A stretch of 64,000 nucleotides of DNA from Octopus vulgaris (Eukaryota): the NCBI GenBank assembly GCA_951406725.2, contig OX597832.1, positions 18,724,001-18,788,000 on the forward strand, given 5' to 3'. The notes under the pieces are model-generated. The model was not told where the DNA came from. It was given only the letters and a program-made list of their open reading frames with translations, and did no database searches. The position numbers and the translations under genes were made by a program. Below, piece by piece: positions 1 to 14,875 of this stretch; the stretch's first letter is position 1; each line of letters opens with the position of its first letter.

Positions 1-262
1 TTGTCAAACCCCGTCAAATAGACTTCTTAAATGACTAAAGTAGTGGGCTTGTAGAATCGTTAACCTCGCCGTGTCAAAATTTTTATGGCATTTCGCCTGC
101 CTTTACGTCCTAATTTCAAATTCTGTCGATGTTGCCTTAGCCTTTCATCTCTTCGATGTCGATTGTATATGGGCCATGATGGGATTGGGATCAATTATCC
201 CTCAGCTCCTCGAAGTTCAGGCATTCTGTCCAGAGTACAACGAAAATTTCCTTAAATAACTA

Positions 263-640
263 AGGCGGCGAGCTGGCAGATTCTTTACAAATGCGGGTAA
301 AGTGCTTAGCAGCGTTTCATCTCTTTTCCCCTTCTTAGTTTATATGTTCCATCAGTGTCCACTTTGCGTTCCATCCTTTCTGTATCGATAAAATAAGTAT
401 AAGTGAAGTACTTAATTGGTATAATCAATTTAACGCCCTTACATTTTAATGGCTCCGTTCTAAGATTTGAGCCATTCGCCTGCATTTCTTAAATGATAAG
501 TGACTCAACTGGCTGAAATTTTAGCGCGATGGACAAATGATCGGCCATCTTTATGTTCTGATTTCAGCTCTCACCGTGATAGGCTTCGCCTTTTACCATT
601 CGTTGTCGATTAAATCTATTGGAGTCGATATAATGGACTA
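263..640 (+). mobile_element. Two degenerate SINE family A-like copies
   Basis: Head ggcggcgagctggcaga at about 264; decayed tttcatcctttc...gtcgataaaataagta motif occurs twice. Confidence 0.55.
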
Positions 641-1044
641 TCCCCTTCTCCCCAAATTATATAGGCTATCGCCTTCCTCGAATATTGTATGGGCATTCTG
701 CGTATAGTAGAAATTATTCTGACTTAAATTAACTAAACAAGGATATGGCCGAGTCTTTTGCATGACGCCTTTATTCCAGCTGTTTTCACGGAATTCATTT
801 TTTTTATAAAGAATAACATTCACATTCATCCATTCGATGCGGATAACATAGGTAAATATTAAGTACTGGGGACAGTACTACCCCACCGCATACATATGCA
901 CGAGTGCGTGTGTGCGTGTGTCGTGTATGTGTGCGTGCATGTGTGTGTGTGTGTGTGTGTGTTTCATAAGATTAGTATTTCACGTATTCACGGAAGAAAA
1001 CAATTCTGTCAATGTATTTTGATGTAGTACAGCATTTTTTAAAT

Positions 1045-1432
1045 TTCTTTATTGCCCTCAGGGGTCTAAACATAGAAAGGACAAACAAGGACATACAAAG
1101 TGATTAAGTCGATTACATCGACCCCAGTGCGTGACTGGTACTTATTTAATCGATCACGAAAAGATGCAGGGCAAACAAAATACCGCTAAGCATTTCGCCC
1201 GGGGTCCTAACGTTTCTTATTTCTTTATTGTCCACAAGGGGCTGAACATAGAGTGGGCAATCAAATACAGAAAAAGAGATTAAGACGATTACATCGATTC
1301 CAGTGCGAAGCTGGTACTTAATTTTACCGACTCCGAAAGGACGAAAGGCAAAGTCGACCTCGGAGGAATTTGAACTCAGAACGTAACTGCAGATGAAATA
1401 CCGCTAAGCATTTCGTCTGGCACGTCGCCGCC
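1045..1432 (-). mobile_element. SINE family A, re-iterated copy
   Basis: Two reverse-complement body and tail units (tttctttattg...gattaagtcgattacatcgaccccagtgcg...ggtactta); B-box gagttcaaattcc on the minus strand near 1366-1378. Confidence 0.8.
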
Positions 1433-2071
1433 CAAAATTAGCACAGACTTTTTTGGTCCGCGTTGATTATTACCTTCCTTGTTATACTGATTTCATCTTT
1501 AGAATATCTTCCTTCTCTAAAGAAGTTTATTGTGACTTCTTGTGACTGGTGCGATAACAATTACATGCTCCATATCCTGCTTACTTCAAATCGGATATTT
1601 TGGTGCATTTTTGTATATTCCGACCTCTTTTTGAGCAACTGTTTTTATCAAAATCGAAGAAAGTTCTTCTTGGAGCGCGTATATTTACATTCCAGTTATT
1701 TCTTAATTGTCACAACTCATTTTGCAGAAGTGTACAATTTTGTCTCATATTACATGATTAATGTAAAACCCTTAGCCACCATTGCTTTGACTATAACGTC
1801 TATCATTATTTAAACCCTTATGTTCTTCCTTAGTAAACATTTGACGTTTATAGAATGTAATTTTCAAGTGATTCCTTTCAGGAATTTATTAATAGTAAAC
1901 TGAATTTATGATGACGTCTGAAGAATATTTGTAAAAAATATATAAGCTCAAGGAAAACTAAACATATAGTCAAAATTAATGCTGAGACTTCATCGACTCT
2001 ATTGATATATATTATACACATACACTCACTCACACACTCACACTTATATAGCATATATACATATAAATAAG

Positions 2072-2110
<39 letters not shown>

Positions 2111-2229
2111 CTGTGTGTGTCTGTGTGTGTGAGTGTGTGTGTGTGTGTCTGTGTGTATATATTCATATTTATATTCATATATGCACACATGTATAACGAT
2201 GACACATGCATATAAATAGATATAAACAC

Positions 2230-2752
<523 letters not shown>

Positions 2753-3249
2753 AAGAGTGCAGTGACTATCCCTTCTTTCGTGTATGCCTTCATAAGTTTC
2801 GTTATACGTCTTTATGCTTGTGCACTCTAACACGTGTGTGATTACTGAATGCCATATTGACTGCGTGGGCTTGAAACGCGATACAAAATATAAAAATCTG
2901 CTGACAAGTGTCCTGAAAACCGAAATCTTCAAAACGATTTGGCTTTTGATCTGCGAGAGATAATGTATCATCAACATAATTATCATCAACCCATCATCAA
3001 AAGAGAGCATGTTGCCTTTGATAAAATGCCGATGATGATAGAAAAAAAAAAAAATGAAAACCTAATGAAGACAACGAAGATGAACATCTAATTCCTCTGG
3101 CATCTGAGTTATACATGGCGACGTAAAACTAAGTCTCTGCATGGAAGCAACGTTTGCTAAGGTATGATACATTCATTTAGAATTTCTATAAGGTAATTAA
3201 GTCAATTTCAAATTGAGAGCGCCCTTATTTGTCATATCTAGGCTACATG

Positions 3250-3259
3250 TCTGTCTCTG

Positions 3260-3333
<74 letters not shown>

Positions 3334-3414
3334 CCTATCTAATTATCTATCTATCTGTCTCTCTCTCTATCAATCTATCTATCCATCTATCGCTCGATCG
3401 ATCGATCAATTTAA

Positions 3415-3450
<36 letters not shown>
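3250..3450. repeat. (TCTA)n plus (TA)n microsatellite
   Basis: Seen directly. Confidence 0.95.
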
Positions 3451-3452
<2 letters not shown>

Positions 3453-4548
3453 TATTTATATTCTGTATCTTTTCATTTGTTTTGCACGCTTACGTTCGGG
3501 CGTTTGTTGAATTTTCTTGAGAACAATCTTTTCTTAGTGGTCAGACCATATGGGGTCTATCTCTAACATAATGGATGTCCACTTAGTGGTCATCCCTCTA
3601 ATATGTATATAAATATATATGTGTGTGTGTGCGTGTGTGTGTGTGCATACATATATAAATACATAGATACATAAATCTATCTATCTCAACGTATATATAT
3701 ATACACGTTTATGAATTAACGCTGCAGGATTACTGTTACGAAAACGTGTGTTGAACCAGATATTGTCGTATTTTGGGATGATCATCTTTTCTACCAAATA
3801 AACACACGCATGATGTATTTGTTGTTGATTCGTTTATTAATGTTCTTATTGTAATCCAATGTCCGGCAATATTTATATATACACACACATATATGAATAT
3901 ATACATATATATATATGTATATACATAATATATATATATATACACACATATATAGAGTGAGAGAGTGAGAGATTAACACACATACATATTTTTATATATT
4001 CATACATACACGCACACATATATGCATGCATATACATGAATACTACATAGTATCCAACTAATATTACCTCCTCTTTAATCCACTAACCCTAGTCACAAAT
4101 TTGTAGATCTGTGGCAATTTTCGGTAGCAAAAATCAAACCTATTATTATCTTTATTACTTGACTTCTATCATTATAAAATATTCCATGTATAGTTTAACA
4201 GATAATGAGCTTTAATTGTTTGAAGTGGTTCATTTTATCTTGAATGAAAAATCAACTTTATTTTCGTAATTACCATATCTGAGTACAAATAAAACTATTT
4301 TTCAGGCGTCAAAATCCTTGAGTCATTTCCGTGTTGTACTGTGTAACAGTGCAGCAGATGTTATTTACGATACAAAGCAATACAATGATGGCTGCACTGC
4401 CATTTTTACCTTCATATATACGAGGAACTTATACGAAATTTCCTCCTTTCCTGAAATAGTTTAGTGTAAGTTTTCTGGAAGATTTGTAGCTATTTCTAAC
4501 AATTCTAAGAATTTCATAGAAAATCCCTCTTAGCGTCGGACTAAACAT

Positions 4549-4609
<61 letters not shown>

Positions 4610-4868
4610 GCGTGCGAATACCCACATCTATATTGTGAGGCGGAGGTGGAATAGATAAATATGACAGGCAACAAAGATATTTATACATCACACGATACTT
4701 TGGTATTTTCGCTCGCGATGGGGTCCCGTCATCTGATACAAGAACCCTATTATTTTCTTAGTTTCTCATCTCTCAATACATTCCTGGATGTGAAACAGGG
4801 AAAAAACAGACAGACAACCAAATAGATGTGGCAGGCCGAATAATGGAAATAACGGAGGAAAAATACTA

Positions 4869-5011
<143 letters not shown>

Positions 5012-5490
5012 AAATGGCGGCTGTGTTGGTCGTGGTAATAGTAACAGTTATAAATATGGAGAGGGAAAATGTTGAAGGGAGAAGTAAGAAGAACCGCTAT
5101 CACACAAACTACAATCCATTTAGCAATATAGCTTCCGGCAGTGAACTTTTCTAATCCTATAACGCTCCCGAGCCATATCGATGACATTTTCGCTGGAGGT
5201 CAGGTCTTGTCTGCAGGGTAAAACAGAGGAGCGATTCTAGAATTTGCCGTCCAACTGAGCATGTATCTCCCTCGCAGGCTTAAATCACAGAGAGAAATAC
5301 CTTGCTGGGATATAAAATGCCGGCGGGATTATTAATATGAAAAAAAATGAAGATTCGAAAAAATGATATTTTGGTCTGGATCTGAATAAGATTTAGAGGG
5401 TTGGTAGGAGGTGTGAAATAATGAGGGTGGAGGAGGATATTGCTAATTTCTTAGAATGATACAATACGTGTTTACTATTGTATACACATA

Positions 5491-5533
<43 letters not shown>

Positions 5534-5580
5534 ATATATATATTATATATATATGTATATATACTATTGTATACACACAC

Positions 5581-5651
<71 letters not shown>

Positions 5652-6834
5652 GTATATATGTATACATATGTATATTTGTGTTATTACTATTTAACAGGAG
5701 AATGTGTTATTGACACGGTAGTAATTCGAAACTGACCCGGCTAACAATTGGTAGCGTATTAGCATAAGTTCATGTCTCTGTAACGTAATTATTAAAATAT
5801 TGTTAAGTGTGCAAGAATATTCCTTAAGGAGCGAAAAATAATGCGATAAAAAAATATACGAAAACACACTGCTTTGTAAAAATTAGTGAACCTATGTAAA
5901 TGAGAATGAAATTATATTTTAGAAATTAAATGTTTATAATCGAATATAATATAATACAATGCAATAACAATTATAAGAAGAATTTAAGAGGGCAAGACAA
6001 GCAACGGTTCATTGTGTATCGTTTCGGTTCGTTTTGTATCATTTTGGTCTAAACTTTGTTCATTGTTAATTCTTTAGAAAAAAATATTACAAATGAATTT
6101 TAAAAAATACATTCATTATTTTTTTAACGGTGGTGGTGGAAGGTGTCTTTACCAAGGGAATAACGAACGGGATGAAGAAGGAAAGAGAAATACAAGAGCT
6201 ATTGAGAGATTTTATTGTTCTTTTGCTCGACCTGCTAGAGATGACAGCTTGAATGAAAATACCTTGGTTTTATACACACAAAAATGGCACACAGCAACAT
6301 GTACACAAAGGGTTTTTGGATAAAAATCATTGATATAATGTGCTGAAATAAGGTTAAACAAAGGATATAAAAGTGATGGCAAATACCTTGAAATGGGTCT
6401 CAAATCAGACCTTTTTTTATTTGTGTTTGTTTCGTATTTTCTCTTAGAAATTCTGATTGTCTTCTTTTTTTTTCTTTTTAATCGATTACGGTATGAGCGC
6501 ATATAGCTAACTACATCAACTCAGTTTTATTACAAATACTTGTGGGGATGAACTAAGGGGGCAAAATATATCGTTAGTACTAGAATGAAATCATTGCAAT
6601 GTGGTATTTTGAGATTTACTGGTATATTATCCGACACAATTTGTCTTATGGCACAAACCGAATTAAACGTAAATAAATATGAAATAAGAAACATTGTACA
6701 AAGTAGTTTTCGGGAGGTATGTTTATAAATATATAAAGAAAGGTGAACGATGTCACTCGATAAAATATAAGGGCTTCTAATTTTGACACAAGCCCAGCAA
6801 TTCTGGGTGAGTGGTACATCATATCGATCCCAAC

Positions 6835-6985
6835 CCATTGCTCAACTAGTAGTTATTTTATCGACCCCAAAGAGGACAAATTGCAAAGTAACCCTCGGTG
6901 GAATTTGATCTCAGACTGCAGACTCGGACGAAATTCTGGTAAGCAATTTGCTCTGTGCGATGAGGATCCTACCAGATCGCCATCT
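6835..6985 (-). mobile_element. Degenerate SINE family A-like copy
   Basis: ttattttatcgacccc...cctcggtggaatttga is the reverse complement of the family A core. Confidence 0.55.
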
Positions 6986-7122
6986 TTTGATTATGAAAAG
7001 AAATATTAAATCGTAATTATAACAATTATTTGAAAAGGGATTTAGCAGATCTTCACACTCGAACAGTCCTAACTACTACAAATTAAGTCTAAGTATCTGA
7101 AGATATTGTATTTGTTCTTGAT

Positions 7123-7902
7123 GGCAGCGAGCTGGCAGAATCGTTAGCACGCCGGGCGAAATTCGTAGCCGTATTTCGTCTGCCGTTACGTTCTGAGTTC
7201 AAATTCCTCCGAAGTCGACTTTGCCTTTCATCCTATCGGGGTCGATAAATTAAGTACCAGTTACGCACTGGGGTCGATATAATCGACTTAATCCGTTTGT
7301 CTGTCCTTGTTTGTCCCCTCTGTGTTTAGCCCCTTGTGGGTAGTAAAGAAATAGATAAATTAAGTACCAGTTACGCACTGGTGTCGATATAATCGACTTA
7401 ATCCGTTTGTCTGTCCTTGTTTGTCCCCTCTGTGTTTAGCCCCTTGTGGGTAGTAAAGAAATAGATAAATTAAGTACCAGTTACGCACTGGTGTCGATAT
7501 AATCGACTTAATCCGTTTGTCTGTCCTTGTTTGTCTCCTCTATGTTTAGCCCCTTGTGGGTAGTAAAGAAATAGATAAATTAAGTACCAGTTACGCACTG
7601 GTGTCGATATAATCGACTTAATCCGTTTGTCTGTCCTTGTTTGTCCCCTCTATGTTTAGCCCCTTGTGGGTAGTAAAGAAATAGATAAATTAAGTACCAG
7701 TTACGCACTGGGGTCGATATAATCGACTTAATCCGTTTGTCTGTCCTTGTTTGTCTCCTCTATGTTTAGCCCCTTGTGGGTAGTAAAGAAATAGATAAAT
7801 TAAGTACCAGTTACGCACTGGGGTCGATATAATCGACTTAATCCGTTTGTCTGTCCTTGTTTGTCTCCTCTATGTTTAGCCCCTTGTAGGCAATAAAGAA
7901 AC
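7123..7902 (+). mobile_element. SINE family A with six tandem 110-bp copies of its 3' half; 13-bp target-site duplication
   Basis: tRNA-like head (A-box-like gctggcagaatcgtt, B-box gagttcaaattcc). Units start at 7244, 7354, 7464, 7574, 7684 and 7794. tgtatttgttctt occurs at 7107-7119 and 7909-7921. Confidence 0.92.
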
Positions 7903-8770
7903 AGGTACTGTATTTGTTCTTTATTCAAACAAGGATGGTGTTTATAAGAATAATGTAAATACGAAATGGGAGAATCGTTTTAAAAGGTTTATTGAACGAC
8001 GAAATTTTGAAAGAAGGGTACGTAAATGTCGCAGCAACAACATTTCTTCACTTACAGGCCTTGAAATCTTATTGTATCGCTTCCTAAGTGCAAGATCACC
8101 CAAACTTGTCTCCTAAATGAAAAGATGTATCATGTTTTAAAACTATGCCGCAACTAAATACGATAAACTAATGCAGTGAATTGCGAAAGTATTTGTTGTG
8201 TAAGAGGCACAGAGTAGGCGTGATTTTACCGATACGAAGTGTTCTATTTAAACACAATGAAATAAGGAATTTGAACAAGAAAGTATTTATGTTGGAAGAG
8301 ATACAGTGAAGGTAAAACATTATCGATATAATCGTTTATCAAAAAGTGTAGGAAACGAGGCAAATGGACTGGAAAGTCGTCTCGTATACACGAGGATATG
8401 GCTGTGCCAGTTTGGAGCTGATATTACGACAGTCACTGTGGACGTAGTTTTTGTATAGTAAAGGTAGTCTGGATATATTCAATAATGGAGTACATATTTT
8501 TTCTATGAGATAAGATGACGCAAACTGTACAATCCACGTTTAATAAGCAATGCTACACTGTTTGAATAGCATATTTCAATGCCATGTGAGTAAACAAATA
8601 TTTTCATGTATGAAGAAGTTGTTTGTATATTGCTACATATAGTTGCTTTAGATTGCGATATATAAGTTAGAGATATATCCTCGACGTTAATAATGTGTAT
8701 TTTATATTCCATACAGCATTAATGTGAATGAATTGTTTAGTGAAATATATTTAATGCTATATATGCCCTG

Positions 8771-9172
8771 TTACTCTTTTACTTATTTTAGTCATTTGAC
8801 TGTGGCCATACAGGAGCACCGCCCTTACTCGAGCAAATCGACCACAGGATTTATCCTTTGTAAGCCTAGTACTTATTCTATCGGTTTCTTTTGCCGAACC
8901 GGTAAGTTACGGGGACGTAGACACACCAGCATCTACTGTCAAGCGATGTTGGTGGGGACAAAGAGACACACAAACATATACACACACATATATATACATA
9001 TATATATATACGACGGGCTTCTTTCAGTTTCCGACTACCAAATCCACTCACAAGACTTTGGTCGGTCCGAGGCTATAGTAGAAGATAGTTGCCCAAGGTG
9101 CCACGCAGTGGCACGGAATCCGGACATTGAGGTTGGTAAGCAAGCTACTTACCACACAGCCACTCCTACGCC
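8771..9172 (-). mobile_element. SINE family B (tRNA-derived head, internal TA/CA tract, CR1-like tail)
   Basis: Reverse complement of the family B copies at 15503, 48494 and elsewhere. Confidence 0.88.
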
Positions 9173-9288
9173 TATGTATGTATCGTTTCAATGCATAGGC
9201 ACCGATTTAGATGTCGAACTGGCAGAGTCTTTAGCTCAAATACCACTGGTTTCGATTTCCCCTTTCATCATTACTCGGTCAATAAAAT

Positions 9289-9676
9289 CCCTCTTTGCAC
9301 TCCGTCGGTTACGACGATGACGGTTCCGGTTGATTCGAATCAACGGAACAGCCTGCTCGTGAAATTAACGTGTAAGTGGCTGAGCACTCCACAGACACGT
9401 GCACCCTTAACGTAGTTCTCGGGGATATTCAGCGTGACTCAGAGAGTGACAAGGCCGCCCCTTGAAATACAGGTACAACAGAAACAGGAATTAAGAGTGA
9501 GAGAAAGTTGTGGTGATAGAGTACAGCAGGGATCACCACCATCCCCTGCTGGAGCCTCGTGGAGCTTTTAGGTGTTTTCGCTCAATAAACACTCACAACG
9601 CCCGGTCTGGGAATCGAGACCGCGATCCTATGACCGCGAGTCCGCTTCCCTTACCACTGGGCCATTGCGCCTCCAC
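9289..9676 (-). mobile_element. SINE family C, full length, nested in a decayed family A-like copy; 9-bp target-site duplication
   Basis: Minus-strand head gtggaggcgcaatggcccagtggtaa...gtctcgattccc; homologous to 37894-38275. caataaaat occurs at 9280-9288 and 9677-9685, and the host motif resumes on both sides. Confidence 0.9.
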
Positions 9677-10209
9677 CAATAAAATAAGTAACAGTTGATC
9701 ACTGGGGTCGTTGTTATCGATTTATTCCCTTCCCTGAAATATCATGGCTCGTGAGAAAATATGAAACTGATACAGCCGAAGCAAAAGCAGCAGTATAAAA
9801 TTATGTTTCGGCATTAAAGTCGCACGCTGAATGATATATGTTTTTTCAAGTGTATTTAACATGTAATATATTTCCAATAATTATACGTGATCAACTCGAA
9901 AATAAAGAGTTTACAACAGAATTCTTTCGGTCATCTGCCAGTTGTTCTGGTCTGATAAAGTAGAGGAAAATATTTGTTTTAACAGGCCAGCATTAAGAAA
10001 TGCTTCGCAAACAGATAAGTGGTCCTCTTAGGGAACAGGAATACTTTCAGATATTTACAACCACACACATATCAACATTTAAAAAGCGTAATGTTTTGAA
10101 ATTGCATTTACATGGTGTGAAAAAATTTTGTTTGTTTTTCCTTCATCGATCTGCTTTTTTTCTCATCTTTCATTTAAAATAAAATTTTAAAACCCAAGTA
10201 TTTATCTCA

Positions 10210-10262
<53 letters not shown>

Positions 10263-10299
10263 CTTTATTTGTTTCAGTCATTTGAATGCGGTCATGCTA

Positions 10300-10371
10300 T
10301 CATACATCTCTAAAAATGCTTATATAGTTATTTCCCTTACAAACCCGAGCAACGCCGAGCGATACTGCTAG
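10300..10371 (+). mobile_element. Helitron-like 3' terminus
   Basis: Imperfect GC-rich hairpin cccgagcaacgccgag (10344-10359) followed about 8 nt later by CTAG (10368-71) and T, which is the canonical Helitron 3' signature. The 5' TC end was not identified. Confidence 0.55.
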
Positions 10372-10951
10372 TATTCTATAAATTTAATTTCGTATTAACT
10401 TCATTCGTTTTTTGAATGTTTGTTTGAAGCTACGAAAACAAGATTGCAAATAGAGTTTCCTTATATATTTAACCATGACTTGTGTTTGTGGACATACCAC
10501 ATGTATTGCTCGGTTCTTTTCGTTTAGTGAATAAATATACAAATCTTGTTTATCAATGACGATAAATCGTGTTAAATTCTCTTTCAACTAAAATCTGTAA
10601 TTAAGATTTAATGCTAACATCTAGTCTCTAAAGAATTTTGGAATTAAAAAGAAACCCAAGTATTCCTCAGCTAAATATATTAATCGCTGATGCTTACTTA
10701 TTTACGCTTAAAACTATTTAAGAATTTACATTATCCGGCATAAATTGCTCTCATATAAAACACACGCATGGACACACGCATATATGTGTGTGTATGTGTA
10801 TAAATTTTCGTTTTCAGCGAAATTTCATGAACGTTGAAACAAAAAGAGATAACACAAGAAATGTTTATTAAGTGACCGCTCTTATTTTAATGCTTTGACT
10901 CATTAGAGCACGGCGGTGCTGATACAAGTCCATGTAATGTTATATCTCTTA

Positions 10952-11365
10952 GGCGGAGAGCTGGCAGAATCGTTAGCCCGCCAGGCGAAATGATTAGCGG
11001 TATTTATTCTGCTGCTACGTTCTGAGTTCAAATTCCGCCGAGGTCAACTTTGGCTTTCATCATTTTGGGGTCGATTAAATAAGTACCATTTACGCACTTG
11101 GATCAATATAATCGACTTAATCTGTTTGTCTGTCCTTGTTTGTCCCCTCTGTGTTTAGCCCCTTGTGGCTAGTAAAGAAATAGGTATTTCGTCTGCCGTT
11201 ACGTTCTGAGTTCAAATTCCGTCGAGGTCGATTTTGCTTTCATTCTTTTGGGATCTATTAAATAAGAACCAGTTACGCATTGGGGGCGATATAATCAACT
11301 TAATCCGTTTGTCTGTCCTCGTTTTTCCTCTCTGTGTTTAGCCCCTTTTGGGGAGTAAAGAATCA
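10952..11365 (+). mobile_element. SINE family A, body duplicated (period about 184 bp); 12-bp target-site duplication
   Basis: Head ggcggagagctggcagaatcg; re-entry aaagaaata|ggtatttcgtc at 11183; gtaatgttatat at 10934-45 and 11366-77. Confidence 0.88.
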
Positions 11366-11719
11366 GTAATGTTATATATCTATTTATCGAAACTATTATC
11401 TGCACCTGTTTTGTCCCTATAAACAAAAGCGCATGAGCCAGTGGACTCATTTCCATACATAAAGGCGCACCACATCTATCCACAGTTAACTACATATATC
11501 CTTCTCTCTCCCCCTCTCTCCCCCTTTACATGTCTCTTTCTTTCGCAATTCTCCATAGCACAACCAAGTGGGATCGAACCCATAACGACTTCAATATAAA
11601 TGTCATACGGTAAAAATATATATATATTCTAAATGCAAAACCTTATGATGCGACTGAAGACGTTTTGACGAAGTCACGGGATTATCCTTATTCAAGACAT
11701 TGTATACAATACTGATTTC

Positions 11720-12060
11720 ACATTTTGGCACGAGGCCAGCAATTTCAGGGGAAATGTAAGGCTATCACATCGACCCCAGCGTTCAACTAAATTATTTTAT
11801 CGACCCCGAAAGGATAACAGGCAAAGTCGATCTCGGTGAAATTTGAACGCAGAACGTAAAGACCGACGGAGTGCTACTAACAATTTTGCCCGGCGTCGTA
11901 ACATTTGTGGCAGCTGGTATTACAATGTTCTTTACTACTCTAGACGCAAGGCTTGACATTTTGGGGGAAGGGATCAGTCGATTAGAACGTCCGCAGTATG
12001 CAACTGGTACTAAGTTTATCGACCCCGAAAGGATGTAAGGCAAAGCAGACTTCAGGCTTT
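11720..12060 (-). mobile_element. Older family A-related SINE copies (two)
   Basis: tttatcgaccccgaaaggat...aggcaaag motif occurs twice; tail differs from family A. Confidence 0.6.
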
Positions 12061-12720
12061 GTCCCAATAACTGAAAGGATTTGATCATCGTATATCTAGA
12101 TATTAGGAAGCGATCACTGATGACCAAGACATGACATTTATATTAGCTTATCTACATTAAATTTGAATTATAACCGGGAGTAAATAGAACGGGGCAAATA
12201 TTACATTTAAATCAATTCTTGCCAAATATATCAGCCTCATTTAAGTCAAGTTACTTTATATCCTCAAACGGGAAGTGACGTCAATACGCATGTGTAAGAC
12301 CATGACATTTTGCATTGAAATCGTTATGAAATGTCAAACCCTGTATCTTGAATCTATGGTTGTTTCTATTCGCTTATTTGTCTTTAATTTGTTTTCATAA
12401 TTTTGTCGAAATAGGCATTTTCGCAACCTTTCAACTCATACGCATGATTTTTTCATGCTTATGTATTAGCTAATGATAAAAATTAATTTAACGCCATTGC
12501 AGCAGCCTTTTTGTAAGATTAACTCATTAAAAATTTAATATAAATATAATTAATTTCCAATACTAAACTGATTATATCTCAGAGGCGCTATTCTGTATAT
12601 TAAGTCTTAGTGAGTGTTGTGTAATTTCCATAAACAAAAGATAGCAGAACAAAATGCCAAGTAGCGTTGAGTTTTTATCAAGTACGGCATGTGTTCAAAT
12701 GTTTCTAGAATCTGTGAAGA

Positions 12721-12790
<70 letters not shown>

Positions 12791-12894
12791 GTATATACAA
12801 ATGCTGTGCTGATAAGTTAACTCATAAGTTGAGATCTTGTATATAACATAAGCGTAGACAGAATAACTATCAAGATTAAACAAGAAAATAGATC

Positions 12895-13367
12895 AAAGGC
12901 TAAGTCGATCTAGGTGGAATTTGAACTCAGAACGTAACGGCAGATGAAATGCCTATTTCTTTACTACCCACAAAGGGCTAAACACAGAGAGGGCAAACAA
13001 AGACAAACAAGCGGATTAAGTCGACTACATCGACACCAGTGCGTAACTGGTACTTATTTAATCAACCTCGAAAGGATGAAAGGCAAAGTCGACCTCGGCG
13101 GAATTTAAACTCAGAACGTAACGGCAGTTGAAATGCCTATTTCTTTATTACCCACAAGGGTCTAAACACAGAGAGGACAAACAAGGACAATCAAGCGGAT
13201 TAAGTCGATTATATCGACCCCAGTGCGTAACTGGTACTTATTTAATCGACCCCGAAAGGATGAAAGGCAAAGTCGACCTCGGCGGAATTTGAACTCAGAA
13301 CGTAACGGCAGACGAAATTCCGATAAGCATTGTGTCCGGCGTGCAAACGTTTCTGCTAGTTCACCAC
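12895..13367 (-). mobile_element. SINE family A, body re-iterated about 2.3 times
   Basis: Reverse-complement units with junctions gaaatgcctatttcttta at about 12946 and 13131. Confidence 0.87.
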
Positions 13368-13607
13368 CTTATTTGACTAATAAATATTTCTTTCGATTTT
13401 ATGCACATTTAAAATTAAATAAATTATACTATAAAAACTAAGTAATAGACGTGGCCACTAGCAAGTTCAGCTTTAATAATCTCCTACTTCGGGGGAAATT
13501 TTCAAAATTATATTAAAACAAAATTTTCCTTTACTGATTATCTGGTACACGGTTTCATGAGGCCTTCTAAACGAAAGAAAATAATTATCCAGGTTGTAGA
13601 GGAAATA

Positions 13608-13737
<130 letters not shown>

Positions 13738-14344
13738 GTGAAGTATATTTGCGATTTAAATGTGGCTAACCACTAAGAGTGGATGCTACTGTAGCTTGTA
13801 GCCCCAGGAGAACATCTTCTCCAGCTGGCTATTGACACACTTTCTGTGCCCTATCAGTATTTGCAAAGGGGAGCCATCCTTCCCAACGTCGACCCGAATT
13901 TCTGGGCATTTACCCGTCGTCAGCGCACGACAATCACCGATCTTCGATGCGAAGGGGGTCCCAATGCAAACACATATATCCTTTTTTCCAGTGACGAAAA
14001 GTCACTGATCTCGAGTGTGTACCGTTGCATTTGGTGTGCAGCACTACCGATTCTCTAAGAGATCGATCACCAGATTGCAGGTTTAAATTATTCTACTGAG
14101 AAACATATGCGATATGAATTACAATATAACGTGACATGTCACTTGGTTTGTTGGATTAAAAATTTTAAAAAAAAAATCCAACATGTCTGATCCGCTTGCG
14201 TCTGATATAAATTCGAATCATGAAGATGGTCTTTTATTTTTTTGTATTTAAATTTTGTCGTCTTCGTTTCTGTTCAAATACATTTTGTTATTTTTAGCGG
14301 ATAAAAAAATAGGAATAAAGATTAGTTGTTTTTGTTGCTTTTAA

Positions 14345-14766
14345 CGTTGTTTTTGTTGTTGTTGTTGTTGTTGGTGTTGGTGGTGGTGTCTTGTACTGCT
14401 GCTGCTGCTACTGCTGCTGCTGCTGCTACTACTGCTGCTGCCACTGTTTTTAGTGTTGATAATGTCGATAGCGGTAGTGGTAATCACAATGAGGTGTTAA
14501 TATGACGACGATGACGACGCCCCTGCTGTTGCTGCTGCTGCTGCCGATGATGATGATGATGGTGATGGTGGTGGTGGTGGTGGTGGTGGTGGTGGTGGTG
14601 GTGGTGGTGGTGATGATGATGATGATGAAGATGATGATGATGCTGGTGGTGGTGGTGGTGGTAGTGGTGGTGGTAGTGGTGGTGATGATGATGATGATGA
14701 TGATGAAGATGATGATGATGACGATGATGACGATGATGAAGATGATGATGGTGGTGGTGGTGGTGG

Positions 14767-14803
<37 letters not shown>

Positions 14804-14875
14804 ACGGTAGACGACGGCGATGACGACAATGATAATAGCGACGGTGACGATAATGATTATAGAGTCGATGACAAC
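14345..14875. repeat. Compound triplet repeat (TTG/CTG/ATG/GTG/ACG)n
   Basis: Seen directly; source of the poly-S/P/T/I/M/V ORFs. Confidence 0.95.

Noticed and set aside
7244-7902. CRISPR-like regular array
   Set aside because: Units are contiguous 110-bp near-identical SINE halves with no unique spacers, in a eukaryotic context with no cas genes.
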